DNA from: Candidatus Saccharimonadota bacterium
GTDB taxonomy: Archaea; Nanobdellota; Nanobdellia; Pacearchaeales; GW2011-AR1
DNA: 32,000 bases
NCBI GenBank assembly: GCA_041659445.1
Contig: JBAZYG010000002.1
Location: forward strand, 150,001-182,000
Reading direction: 5' to 3'
A program made the position numbers and the translations under genes. Below, piece by piece: positions 15,308 to 23,159 of the stretch (position 1 is its first letter; each line of letters begins with the position of its first letter). The notes below the pieces were generated by a model. The model did no database searches. It saw nothing but the letters and a program-made list of their open reading frames with translations, and was not told where the DNA came from.

Positions 15308-16201
15308 ATGGATTTACAAAAAATAAAATCTTCAAAGTCAATTTCAGAACTTCTTGAATTTGGAATAATTAATATTGATAAACCTTCAGGTCCAACTTCT
15401 TTTGATATTTCTGATAGAATTAGAAAAATGTTAAACTTACGAAAAACATCTCATTTTGGAACTTTGGATCCAAAAGTTACAGGTGTTTTGCCCATTGCAT
15501 TAAATCGGGCATGCAAATTAACAGGTTATTTTTTAGGAGAAGATAAAGAATATGTTGGAATATTAAGACTTCATGAAGAAGTTTCTATAGAAAAATTAAA
15601 AAAAATAATTAAAGAAAAATTTTTAGGAGAAATAACACAAAAACCTCCTGTCAAATCAAGAGTTAAACGACAGGAAAGACAAAGAACAATTTATTCATTT
15701 GATATTCTGGAGCAATCTTCAGAAAACCAAAAAGATTTTTTATTTAAAGCAAAGGTTCAAGGTGGAACTTATATTCGAAAACTCATAGATGACTTAGGAA
15801 AAAATTTAGGAATTGGAGCACATATGTTAGAATTAAGAAGAGTTTCAGCAGGAATCTTTTTTGAAAACGATAAAAAATATCCTAGTGTTAATATGTATGA
15901 TTTTGAAAAAGCAGTTGAAGAGTATGAAAAAGGAAATGAAAATTTTTTAAGAGAAATAATAGTTCCTGCTGAAATAGTTTCAGAAATTTATTTTTTAGTT
16001 GAAATAAAATCTGAAGATTTAAAATCTATTTTAACAGGAAAGCCAATTAAATATTCTGATTTGGAAAAAAAACAAAATTTAGAAAAAGGAAAAATAATTT
16101 CTGTTTTTTGTAAAGAAAAATTTATTGGAATGTATAAAATTACGAATGAATCTGAAGTTTTTGCAAGATCTGAATTTGTAATGCAACCACTAAAAGGATA
16201 A
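15308..16201 (+). CDS. cbf5: tRNA/rRNA pseudouridine synthase Cbf5 (TruB family with PUA domain)
   Basis: GIINIDKPSGPTSFD and KTSHFGTLDPKVTGVLPIAL (catalytic Asp), with a C-terminal PUA-like segment. Confidence 0.9.
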   Translation: MDLQKIKSSKSISELLEFGIINIDKPSGPTSFDISDRIRKMLNLRKTSHFGTLDPKVTGVLPIALNRACKLTGYFLGEDKEYVGILRLHEEVSIEKLKKIIKEKFLGEITQKPPVKSRVKRQERQRTIYSFDILEQSSENQKDFLFKAKVQGGTYIRKLIDDLGKNLGIGAHMLELRRVSAGIFFENDKKYPSVNMYDFEKAVEEYEKGNENFLREIIVPAEIVSEIYFLVEIKSEDLKSILTGKPIKYSDLEKKQNLEKGKIISVFCKEKFIGMYKITNESEVFARSEFVMQPLKG

Positions 16202-16231
16202 ACTTATAACTTTTATTTTCTAATAAAATTA

Positions 16232-16465
16232 ATGAAAGAAGATAAATTATTAGAAAAATTAGCAGATTTAGAGCATAAGCAATGGTCTCACTGGACAAGA
16301 TATCTAATTAAAAATTATACTAAAGAAAATATTAATAGGTGGAAAAAACAGATTAAAACTCCTTATTCAAAGCTTTCTAAGAGGGAAAAAGAATCAGATA
16401 GAGAATGGGCAATAAAAGTTTTAAATTTAATTAAAAAACAAAATAATAATGAAATCAAAGAATAA
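16232..16465 (+). CDS. small helical protein with RyR-like EHxxW / PY..LS..EK..DR pattern
   Basis: LADLEHKQWSHWTRYL...KTPYSKLSKREKESDREWAIKVL resembles the shortened prokaryotic/phage RyR-domain pattern. Unverified. Confidence 0.4.
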   Translation: MKEDKLLEKLADLEHKQWSHWTRYLIKNYTKENINRWKKQIKTPYSKLSKREKESDREWAIKVLNLIKKQNNNEIKE

Positions 16466-16898
16466 ATATTCTCTTCCTTTAAAGAAAAAAGATATAAAAG
16501 AAATTCCTAATTACTCTCCTGCCCATGTTGGGAAATTAAAGCATTCTGTAGATTTTACTTGCAAAAAAGGAACAAAATTATTTTCAGCTCAAGATGGAAA
16601 AGTTGTTTGGATAAAAAATGATTCAAAAATTGGAGGTCCAAATAAAAAATATTGGAATGATGGAAATAGAATTGTTATAGGACATAAAAATAAAGAATAT
16701 TCTGCTTATGAGCATTTAAAATATAAAGGAAATACTGTAAAGGTTGGAGATAAAATTAATAAAGGTCAGTTAATAGGTTATTCGGGAAATACTGGTTATA
16801 CTTTTGGACCACACCTTCATTTTGAAGTTTTTAGGTTTACAGGTCCAGATAAAGAGAAAGATTTTGAAACATTGGAAGTTAATTGGGAGAAAAAATGA
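16449..16898 (+). CDS. M23 (LytM-type) metallopeptidase, no signal peptide
   Basis: KHSVDFTCKKGTKLFSAQDGKVV, GNRIVIGH...SAYEHL, VKVGDKINKGQLIGYSGNTGYTFGPHLHFEV. The first metal motif reads H-x-x-D, one residue shorter than canonical HxxxD. The gene overlaps its upstream neighbour by 17 nt. Confidence 0.8.
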   Translation: MKSKNKYSLPLKKKDIKEIPNYSPAHVGKLKHSVDFTCKKGTKLFSAQDGKVVWIKNDSKIGGPNKKYWNDGNRIVIGHKNKEYSAYEHLKYKGNTVKVGDKINKGQLIGYSGNTGYTFGPHLHFEVFRFTGPDKEKDFETLEVNWEKK

Positions 16899-17485
16899 AA
16901 CACTTTGTTTATTTTTCAAGTTCAGCAGTGACTTCTGGAAGTGCCTTATCAAAAGCAGAAGGAAATTTAATGCAAGCAGGTAGAATGGACATTGCAATAC
17001 ATAGTTTTATTCAGGGAATTTTTTTGAGTCACGATGTAAGAAAAGATGTTGTTTTTCATTTTATTTTCTATGGCATGCCAGATCCTCCAAAACATATTGA
17101 AATTTTAGTAAATTCAGAATTAGATATTTCGAAAAAAGATGTTGGGAATTTAATTAAAAAAGTTTTATATAAATATAAATCTGGTCAAAAAACAGAAGTT
17201 TTTCCAGGTTGCTTTGTTGAAAAAAAAAGTTTTTTAAATGTAATAGAAGAATTAATTGACAAAGGTAATGAGATTTTTATATTAGATAAACAAGGACAGG
17301 ATTTAAGAGAAGCTAAAATTTCAAAAAATTGTGTTTTTGTTTTAGGGGACCATGAAGGATTACCCAAAAAAGAATCAAAACGTCTTAAAAAATATTTAAA
17401 AACAATTTCAGTTGGTCCAAAAATGTACTTTGCATCTCAAACAATTGCAGTAGTTAACAATGAATTAGATAGAAGAAACATTTAA
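16895..17485 (+). CDS. trmY: tRNA (pseudouridine54-N1)-methyltransferase TrmY (SPOUT, DUF358)
   Basis: GRMDIAIHSFIQGIFLSHDVRKDVVFHFIFYG, FILDKQGQD, VFVLGDHEGL and SVGPKMYFASQTIAVVNNELD fit the family. I prefer ATG 16895 (ATGA overlap with the M23 stop) over the track start at 16883. Confidence 0.75.
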   Translation: MKHFVYFSSSAVTSGSALSKAEGNLMQAGRMDIAIHSFIQGIFLSHDVRKDVVFHFIFYGMPDPPKHIEILVNSELDISKKDVGNLIKKVLYKYKSGQKTEVFPGCFVEKKSFLNVIEELIDKGNEIFILDKQGQDLREAKISKNCVFVLGDHEGLPKKESKRLKKYLKTISVGPKMYFASQTIAVVNNELDRRNI

Positions 17486-17524
17486 GATGTTTCATACATT
17501 TATATAAATCTAAATGGGAGGGAT

Positions 17525-17833
17525 TTAAATTTCCACGTAATCTCTTACTAATGTTAAAGTAGTATTCAACTTATTTTCATATGAACTTGCTAATCTTTCT
17601 AAAGTATCTGTTCTTAATTTTTCAGATTTAACAATTATTTGTTCTTGGTTGATATAATTAACTACACAGGGAATATATAAAAGAGTATCCTCATTTTGTT
17701 TAACTTCAATATACTTTGTTCCTTCACGATTAACACTAATTGTCCCATTACTTTTAAAAAATTCACTTAAAAAATCCATTTTTGATTTAATTTGTTCTTC
17801 TTCATCTTTTAATTTATCAACAATTTTAACCAT
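17525..17833 (-). CDS. hypothetical protein (102 aa)
   Basis: ORF track entry. ctttataaa lies about 30 nt upstream on the minus strand. No recognisable motif. Confidence 0.45.
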   Translation of the reverse strand: MVKIVDKLKDEEEQIKSKMDFLSEFFKSNGTISVNREGTKYIEVKQNEDTLLYIPCVVNYINQEQIIVKSEKLRTDTLERLASSYENKLNTTLTLVRDYVEI

Positions 17834-17929
17834 AATTTTATAAAAAATTAATTATTTATAAAGATAATTGCAATTTAAAATATACATCCAAACCTTTAAT
17901 AATTCTTTACTCTTTTATTTTTTGCTAAA

Positions 17930-18205
17930 ATGAAAAAATCAATACGTTTATACATTTCTGGTAAAATTCAAGCAGTTTTTCTTAGAGGATTTATTAAAGA
18001 AAATGCAGAAAAATTGAATGTAAAAGGATTTGTAAGAAATTTAGATGACGGAAGAGTAGAAGTTTTTTTAGAGGGCAATCCTCCAGAAGTCAATAAAATG
18101 ATAGAAATTTGTCAAAAAGGAATAAAAAATTCTGAAATAACAAATGTTGAAATGAAACAAGAAAAATTTCAAGATTTTAAAAATTTCAAAGTTTTACATA
18201 TTTAA
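17930..18205 (+). CDS. acyP: acylphosphatase
   Basis: 91 aa. ISGKIQAVFLRGFI...KGFVRNLDDGRVEVFLEG fits the acylphosphatase pattern (V.G.VQGVGFR ... GWVRN..DG.VE). The phosphate-binding loop is degenerate. Confidence 0.65.
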   Translation: MKKSIRLYISGKIQAVFLRGFIKENAEKLNVKGFVRNLDDGRVEVFLEGNPPEVNKMIEICQKGIKNSEITNVEMKQEKFQDFKNFKVLHI

Positions 18206-18206
18206 A

Positions 18207-18539
18207 ATGTGTGCACTTCATCATATAAGCAAGAGAAAGAGGATTCATCATAATTATGAACCTTATCCTCATCCAAACAAATGGAAAAGATTTTTAGATA
18301 TTGTTATTTATTTTATGGGTTTTGCTTCTCCTGTTCTAACAATTCCACAAATTCTAAAAATTTGGATTGAAAAAAATTCCTATAGTCTTTCATTGGTTTC
18401 TTGGCTTACTTATTTAATTGGTTCAATAATTTTTTTCTTATATGCCCTAGTTCATAAAGAAAAGCCTTTGATAATAATTTATCTTGTTTCAATAATAGTA
18501 AACTTGGCTGTTGTAGTTTCAATAATTTTATTTAGGTAA
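18207..18539 (+). CDS. SemiSWEET / PQ-loop 3-TM transporter-like protein
   Basis: Three TM helices with ASPVLTIPQILKIW (PQ motif), then ...SLSLVSW... and ...KPLIIIYLVS. The size is typical of SemiSWEETs, plus a basic His-rich N-terminal extension. Confidence 0.5.
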   Translation: MCALHHISKRKRIHHNYEPYPHPNKWKRFLDIVIYFMGFASPVLTIPQILKIWIEKNSYSLSLVSWLTYLIGSIIFFLYALVHKEKPLIIIYLVSIIVNLAVVVSIILFR

Positions 18540-18540
18540 A

Positions 18541-18960
18541 ATGATAATCGCACATTCAGACGGAGGTGCAAGAGGCAATCCTGGGCCTGCTGCAATTGGA
18601 ATTGTCTTTAGAGAAGGAGATGAAATAGTTGGAAAATATTCTGAAAAATTAAAAGGCAAATTAACTAATAATGTTGCAGAATATTGGGGTTTGATAAAAA
18701 CTCTTGAAATTGCTTTAAAATATAATTATAAAGAATTGACTTGTTGTCTTGATTCAGAATTAGTTGTAAAACAATTACTTGGAGAATATCAAGTTAAAAA
18801 CAAAAAACTTTTGGAGTTATTTCTAAAAGTTCAAAAACTTCAAGAAAATTTTGATAAAATAATTTACAAACATGTTAAAAGAAAAGATCCTTTTCAAAAA
18901 ACCGCAGATTATTTATTAAATCAAGAGTTGGATAAAGAATTAGGAGTTGAGAAAAAATGA
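18541..18960 (+). CDS. rnhA: ribonuclease HI (type 1 RNase H)
   Basis: IAHSDGGARGNPGPAAIG (first catalytic Asp), TNNVAEYWGL (Glu) and CLDSELVVKQL (Asp). Confidence 0.8.
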   Translation: MIIAHSDGGARGNPGPAAIGIVFREGDEIVGKYSEKLKGKLTNNVAEYWGLIKTLEIALKYNYKELTCCLDSELVVKQLLGEYQVKNKKLLELFLKVQKLQENFDKIIYKHVKRKDPFQKTADYLLNQELDKELGVEKK

Positions 18961-18998
18961 AAAAATTCAAAATTAAAATTTTGGCAGGTTTCATTTAA
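18957..18998 (+). other. Conserved upstream micro-ORF / leader motif, copy B (MKKFKIKILAGFI)
   Basis: The 13-codon ORF starts in an ATGA overlap with the rnhA stop. Its core, ttcaaaattaaaattttggcaggtttcattt (18967-18996), matches copy A. Confidence 0.35.
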
Positions 18999-19006
18999 TA
19001 AGTAAA

Positions 19007-19729
19007 ATGAAAAAAGAAGATATTAATTATGTTTTTGAACAAAATCCTGAATTAACGAATGTTGGAACAAAAACCCAATATTACAAATATCTTCAAACAA
19101 TTTTTCCAGAAAGTAAAGTTAAAGATATTGTTTATCATGGAAGTGCAGAAGAATTTGAAAATTTTGATCTCGATAAAATAAAAGAAATAAAAAAGAAAAA
19201 AAATACTATGAATAAATTAGGTATTTTTTTTACAAGAGATTTTTCTTATGCTGAAAGATGTAGTACCCTAGATGTAAAACCTTATAGAGTATTGTTAGAT
19301 ATCAAAAAGGGTAAGCCTGTTTTAAAAGTAGCAATTCAAAGAATTGGTGAAGAAGAAATAAATAAAGCAAAAAAAGAAGGTTATGATGGTTTTTTAGAAA
19401 TTTATCTTAGTGGTAATTTTGCCGAAGAGATTGCAGTTTTTGATCCTTCTCAAATCCATATCCTAGGTTCAAAAAAAGATTTAGAAGGTTTTCAAAAATT
19501 TGTTAAAAATTATTCTGGACAAAATTTAAATCCTGCAAGTCTTGAAAAAAAATTGGTTTTTGGAATTTTCGTTTTATCTTTTTTAACAGGATTGTTTTTT
19601 GTTTCTTCAAATATTACTGGAAATGTTATTGGAAATTTTGGATATAAGCCATCAAATATTTTAGGAGCAGTTTTATTTTTATTTGGTTTATTAGGAATTT
19701 ATATTTATGGAAAATCATTAATCCAATAA
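19007..19729 (+). CDS. membrane-anchored protein; N-terminal domain with ADP-ribosyltransferase-like (polyvalent-protein ART-type) motif pattern, C-terminal 2 TM
   Basis: IFPESKVKDIVYHGSAEEFENFD ... LGIFFTRDFSYAE ... GYDGFL...AEEIAVFDPSQIHILGS, followed by LVFGIFVLSFLTGLFFV and ILGAVLFLFGLLGIYIY. The domain call is from memory of the H-Y-E pattern only. Confidence 0.4.
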   Translation: MKKEDINYVFEQNPELTNVGTKTQYYKYLQTIFPESKVKDIVYHGSAEEFENFDLDKIKEIKKKKNTMNKLGIFFTRDFSYAERCSTLDVKPYRVLLDIKKGKPVLKVAIQRIGEEEINKAKKEGYDGFLEIYLSGNFAEEIAVFDPSQIHILGSKKDLEGFQKFVKNYSGQNLNPASLEKKLVFGIFVLSFLTGLFFVSSNITGNVIGNFGYKPSNILGAVLFLFGLLGIYIYGKSLIQ

Positions 19730-19759
19730 AAATATAAACTACATTTTTCTTATGTTAAA

Positions 19760-21211
19760 ATGGGACGTGAAGAACAAATAATTCAAGAAAGAATAAGAAA
19801 ACTTCAGGAATTAAAAAATTTAAAAATTGATACTTATCCTGCAATTTCAGATAAAAAACAAAATTGTTTTGAATGCTTAAATTCAAAAATCGGAAGTTCT
19901 GTAAAAACAGCAGGAAGATTAATGACCAAAAGAGATTTGGGGAAAATTGCATTTTCAAAATTAAAAGATCAATTTGGAGAAATTCAAATTGTTTTTCAAG
20001 AAAAAGAAACTCCAGAAAAAATTAGTGAATTTTTTAAAAAATACATTGACGTCGGAGATTTTGTAGAAGTTTCTGGAAAAACTTTCAAAACAAAAACAAA
20101 AGAAACTTCTATATTGGTTAAAGATGCAAAAATTCTTTCAAAATCTATTTTACCTTTGCCTGAAAAATATCATGGGTTAAAGGACGACGAGGAAAAATTG
20201 AGAAAAAGATATTTAGATATTTTAATGAATTCTGAAGTTCAAGAAATGTTTTTGAAAAAAGCAAAATTTTGGAATGCAATTCGTGAATTCTTATTAAAAA
20301 GAGAATTTGTTGAAGTTGAAACTCCTGTTTTGGAAAGTTCTGCAGGAGGTGCAACTGCAAAACCTTTTGTGACTCACCATAATTCTCTAGATTTAGATGT
20401 TTATTTAAGAATTTCAATGGGAGAATTATGGCAAAAAAAATTAATGGTTGCAGGTTTTGAAAAAACTTTTGAAATAGGACGACAATTTAGAAATGAAGGA
20501 ATGGATATGGAGCATTTGCAAGATTATACTCAGATGGAATTTTATTGGGGATATGCAGATTACAAAAAAGGAATGCAATTAGTTGAAGAAATGTATAAAG
20601 AAGTTGCAAAAAAAGTTTTTGAAACCTTGAAATTTAAAACTCACGGATATGAAATAGATTTAGGAAAAAAATGGGAAGTTTATGATTATGAAAAAACAAT
20701 TGAAAAATATACTAAAATAAATATTTACAAAACAGATAAAAAAGAGATTATGAAAAAATTAAAAGAATTAAATTTGGATTTTGATCCAGATGCCGATAAA
20801 TGGAGAATGATTGATTTGCTTTGGAAATATTGTCGAAAAAAACTTTCAGGTCCTGGTTTTTTAACAGGGCAACCAGTAGAACTTACTCCTTTAGCGAAAA
20901 GAATTCCTGAAGACCCTCGAAAAGTTCAGCAATTTCAAATAATTATCGCAGGAACAGAATTAGGAAATGGTTACTCTGAATTAAATGATCCTTTAGATCA
21001 AGAAGAGCGTTTCAAGGAACAAATGAAACAAAAATCAGCTGGAGACGAAGAAAGCATGGAACATGACAAAAGTTTTGTTGAAGCTTTGAAATATGGAATG
21101 CCTCCGACTTGCGGTTTTGGTGTTTCTGAAAGACTTTTTAGTTATTTAATGGATAAACCAATAAGAGAATGTGTTATCTTTCCGTTAATGAAACCTGAAG
21201 AAGAAAAATAA
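19760..21211 (+). CDS. lysS: lysyl-tRNA synthetase, class II
   Basis: An OB-fold N-domain is followed by class II motifs: YLRISMGELWQKKLMVAGFEKTFEIGRQFRNEG (motif 2) and GMPPTCGFGVSERL (motif 3). Confidence 0.95.
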   Translation: MGREEQIIQERIRKLQELKNLKIDTYPAISDKKQNCFECLNSKIGSSVKTAGRLMTKRDLGKIAFSKLKDQFGEIQIVFQEKETPEKISEFFKKYIDVGDFVEVSGKTFKTKTKETSILVKDAKILSKSILPLPEKYHGLKDDEEKLRKRYLDILMNSEVQEMFLKKAKFWNAIREFLLKREFVEVETPVLESSAGGATAKPFVTHHNSLDLDVYLRISMGELWQKKLMVAGFEKTFEIGRQFRNEGMDMEHLQDYTQMEFYWGYADYKKGMQLVEEMYKEVAKKVFETLKFKTHGYEIDLGKKWEVYDYEKTIEKYTKINIYKTDKKEIMKKLKELNLDFDPDADKWRMIDLLWKYCRKKLSGPGFLTGQPVELTPLAKRIPEDPRKVQQFQIIIAGTELGNGYSELNDPLDQEERFKEQMKQKSAGDEESMEHDKSFVEALKYGMPPTCGFGVSERLFSYLMDKPIRECVIFPLMKPEEEK

Positions 21212-21212
21212 A

Positions 21213-21743
21213 ATGGAAAATAAACTTTCAAAAAGCAAAAGAGTTATTCATAAAATTTTAACAATATTACTTGTCTATGTTCCTCAAATAATAATATATT
21301 TTGGTTTAGTTATTGTTGCATATAATTTATGTTTTTTCTTTTTTAATGGAGCAAAAATCTCTATTAGTATTAATATTTTAATTTCAGTAGTTATTATCAC
21401 AGCAACTCTTTCTATGATTAGTTTTTCTTATTTGTTAGTTATTAAAAAAGATTCTAATTATAAAGAAATAGTCTACTGCGGAGAAAGATTTTTGCATGCT
21501 ACATTAATAATAATAATTGTATTAATCATAATCTGGTTTGTTGGGTATCTTTATCCAGTTATAAATAAATTAAATTGGGCAAAATATATTAACTGGTTTT
21601 TTTATTTTTTAGCTGGTATTTCTTATGTTTTTTTAGTTAATTCTGTAAAATACTTAACTCATGGGATTTTTTCTTTAGAAAAGATATTAAACCGAAAAGA
21701 ATTTGTTGAAGGAAGTAAATCTGACAAAATCTTAATTAAATAA
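21213..21743 (+). CDS. polytopic membrane protein (176 aa)
   Basis: Four to five long hydrophobic segments. The start lies 1 nt after the lysS stop. Confidence 0.5.
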   Translation: MENKLSKSKRVIHKILTILLVYVPQIIIYFGLVIVAYNLCFFFFNGAKISISINILISVVIITATLSMISFSYLLVIKKDSNYKEIVYCGERFLHATLIIIIVLIIIWFVGYLYPVINKLNWAKYINWFFYFLAGISYVFLVNSVKYLTHGIFSLEKILNRKEFVEGSKSDKILIK

Positions 21744-21752
21744 TCTTTAAAT

Positions 21753-22331
21753 TTATTTTCTTTCAAATTCAGTTATTTTCTCAGAATAATTTTGTGAACC
21801 ACATTTAGGGCATTTTTGTAAATCAATTAATCTATTTGCTGATGCTTGTAGATTTCTATTCGTTTGTGCTGAAGCAGAAAGATTTCCTCCAATTGCAGTT
21901 CCAACTCCTGCAATACCGCTCAATAAAGAAGTCTTTCTTAAAAGATCTTCTTCATTTTTCAAGGAATGCCAAATTTTTCCACATTTCTTACATTTTCTTT
22001 CATATTCCTGAACCATTCTTTTTTTCTTTTCTATCTCTTTTGAATAATTTTTTTCATATTCTTTTGCATAAGAGATTATTTTTCTTGTTGTTTTACTTTT
22101 ATAAAATAAAAGCATTGGAAATAAATAAATAATTGCTAGCATAAAAAAACCATTTAATTTTGTTGTGAAGGAAATAATAATGCAAATAATTAATGGTCCA
22201 AAAATGAGAATATACTCCCAAACAGAATAAGACATTTTATCTTTGTTTTTTAATTCTTTTAAATGATAATAACAATATTCGTTTCTTTCTTTCTCAGATT
22301 TAAATTCTTTTTCATCAAAGCATATATTCAT
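21753..22331 (-). CDS. membrane protein with C-terminal split zinc ribbon
   Basis: Two TM segments (WEYILIFGPLIICIIISF, FFMLAIIYLFPMLLFY), then CKKCGKIW ... Gly/Ala/Ser-rich insert (SGIAGVGTAIGGNLSASAQ) ... CPKCGS. Confidence 0.5.
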   Translation of the reverse strand: MNICFDEKEFKSEKERNEYCYYHLKELKNKDKMSYSVWEYILIFGPLIICIIISFTTKLNGFFMLAIIYLFPMLLFYKSKTTRKIISYAKEYEKNYSKEIEKKKRMVQEYERKCKKCGKIWHSLKNEEDLLRKTSLLSGIAGVGTAIGGNLSASAQTNRNLQASANRLIDLQKCPKCGSQNYSEKITEFERK

Positions 22332-22428
22332 ATAATCCTAAATATCATGAAGTTTTTTAATTTATCTTTTTCAATTTTTTTCATCCACAACCTTAATAAA
22401 TTAAGATTAATTAATTTATTCAAGAGAG

Positions 22429-22800
22429 ATGATACAAAAAACACCTGTAATTATTTTAGCAATCTTAGCAACAATTTTTTTAGTTGCATCTATATTGCTT
22501 TTTTTTGATAGGATTAATTTGAATAGAGAAATTAATAGCTTAATGAATGATAAAACAATTTTGTCAAGTGAAAAAGAAAGTCTTCAATCAAATATTTCAG
22601 ATTTGCAATTAAAATATAATCTTCTTGAACAAGATGTTGCAGAAATTTACAAATCATGCATGACACAAAATGTTTGTAAAGGTAGATTTCCAGGAGTAAG
22701 TTGGTATTGTAATAACGTCGGAGATGAAGTATCTGATTATTCACATATTTGTATTTGTGATTCAAGTTGTAATTTAAATGCAACAAAAATAAAAAATTAA
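22429..22800 (+). CDS. N-terminally anchored protein with coiled-coil and Cys-rich C-terminus
   Basis: TM segment VIILAILATIFLVASILLFF, a heptad-like segment, then CMTQNVCKGRFPGVSWYCNNVGDEVSDYSHICICDSSC. Confidence 0.5.
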   Translation: MIQKTPVIILAILATIFLVASILLFFDRINLNREINSLMNDKTILSSEKESLQSNISDLQLKYNLLEQDVAEIYKSCMTQNVCKGRFPGVSWYCNNVGDEVSDYSHICICDSSCNLNATKIKN

Positions 22801-22801
22801 A

Positions 22802-22987
22802 ATGTCTTTAATTATAAAATCAAATATAAGAAAAACAGTTAAAGATTTAGACAAAGAAAATTCTATTTCAAGTGTTGCAGATGAAGTTGAAACTGCTCTT
22901 GAAAGAAAAGTTGAAGAGATTTTAAGAGAAGCAATTGAACGTACTAAATCAAATAAAAGAAAAACACTTCAAGCAAGAGATTTATAA
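22802..22987 (+). CDS. small histone-fold-like protein (DUF1931-like)
   Basis: The 61-aa sequence LIIKSNIRKTVKD...SSVADEVETALERKVEEILREAIERTKSNKRKTLQARDL parallels the histone-fold pattern ...A.ERAKANGRKTV...D(L/I). Confidence 0.5.
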   Translation: MSLIIKSNIRKTVKDLDKENSISSVADEVETALERKVEEILREAIERTKSNKRKTLQARDL

Positions 22988-23054
22988 TCTTTGCTTTTTA
23001 ATATAATTAAAATGTTCGCCGACGCAGTCGCTCACATAAAGCAAGAGATTTATA
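22971..23054. repeat. 16-nt perfect direct repeat aagcaagagatttata (22971-22986 and 23039-23054) flanking a 52-nt segment with a GC island
   Basis: Read directly from the sequence. Copy 1 is the last 16 nt of the histone-fold gene including 2 nt of its stop codon. Copy 2 is intergenic. Confidence 0.8.
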
Positions 23055-23062
23055 GTTTGTAA

Positions 23063-23132
23063 AATATACATTCAATTATATACTTTATAATATATACTTT
23101 GTAAAATATACTTTCTAGTATATAGAATGGTT
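23063..23132. repeat. 14-bp tandem array, ~5 units (consensus wATATACTTTnTAA)
   Basis: Units start at 23063 aatatacattcaat, 23077 tatatactttataa, 23091 tatatactttgtaa, 23105 aatatactttctag and 23119 tatatagaatggtt. A nested 14-nt repeat tttgtaaaatatac occurs at 23056 and 23098. Confidence 0.75.
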
Positions 23133-23159
23133 TTTAACTAATTCATACTTCAGTTTTTT

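Noticed and set aside
16770-17367. Minus-strand ORFs 16770-16997 and 17185-17367
   Set aside because: They are antisense to the M23 and TrmY genes, which both have strong motifs.
19755-20417. Minus-strand ORFs 19755-19958 and 20145-20417
   Set aside because: They are antisense to lysS.
21836-22786. ORFs 21836-22132(+), 22263-22508(+) and 22532-22786(-)
   Set aside because: They are antisense to, or overlap, the better-supported membrane/zinc-ribbon and anchored Cys-rich genes, and they have shadow-ORF composition.
23012-23062. 16-codon ORF MFADAVAHIKQEIYSL spanning the GC island
   Set aside because: It has no SD or promoter spacing support. It overlaps copy 2 of the 16-nt duplication in a different frame from the parent gene. 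I treat it as part of the repeat or scar region instead.
23063-23132. Possibility that the tandem array is a CRISPR array
   Set aside because: The units are 14 bp, contiguous, degenerate and have no spacers. No cas genes are in the window.
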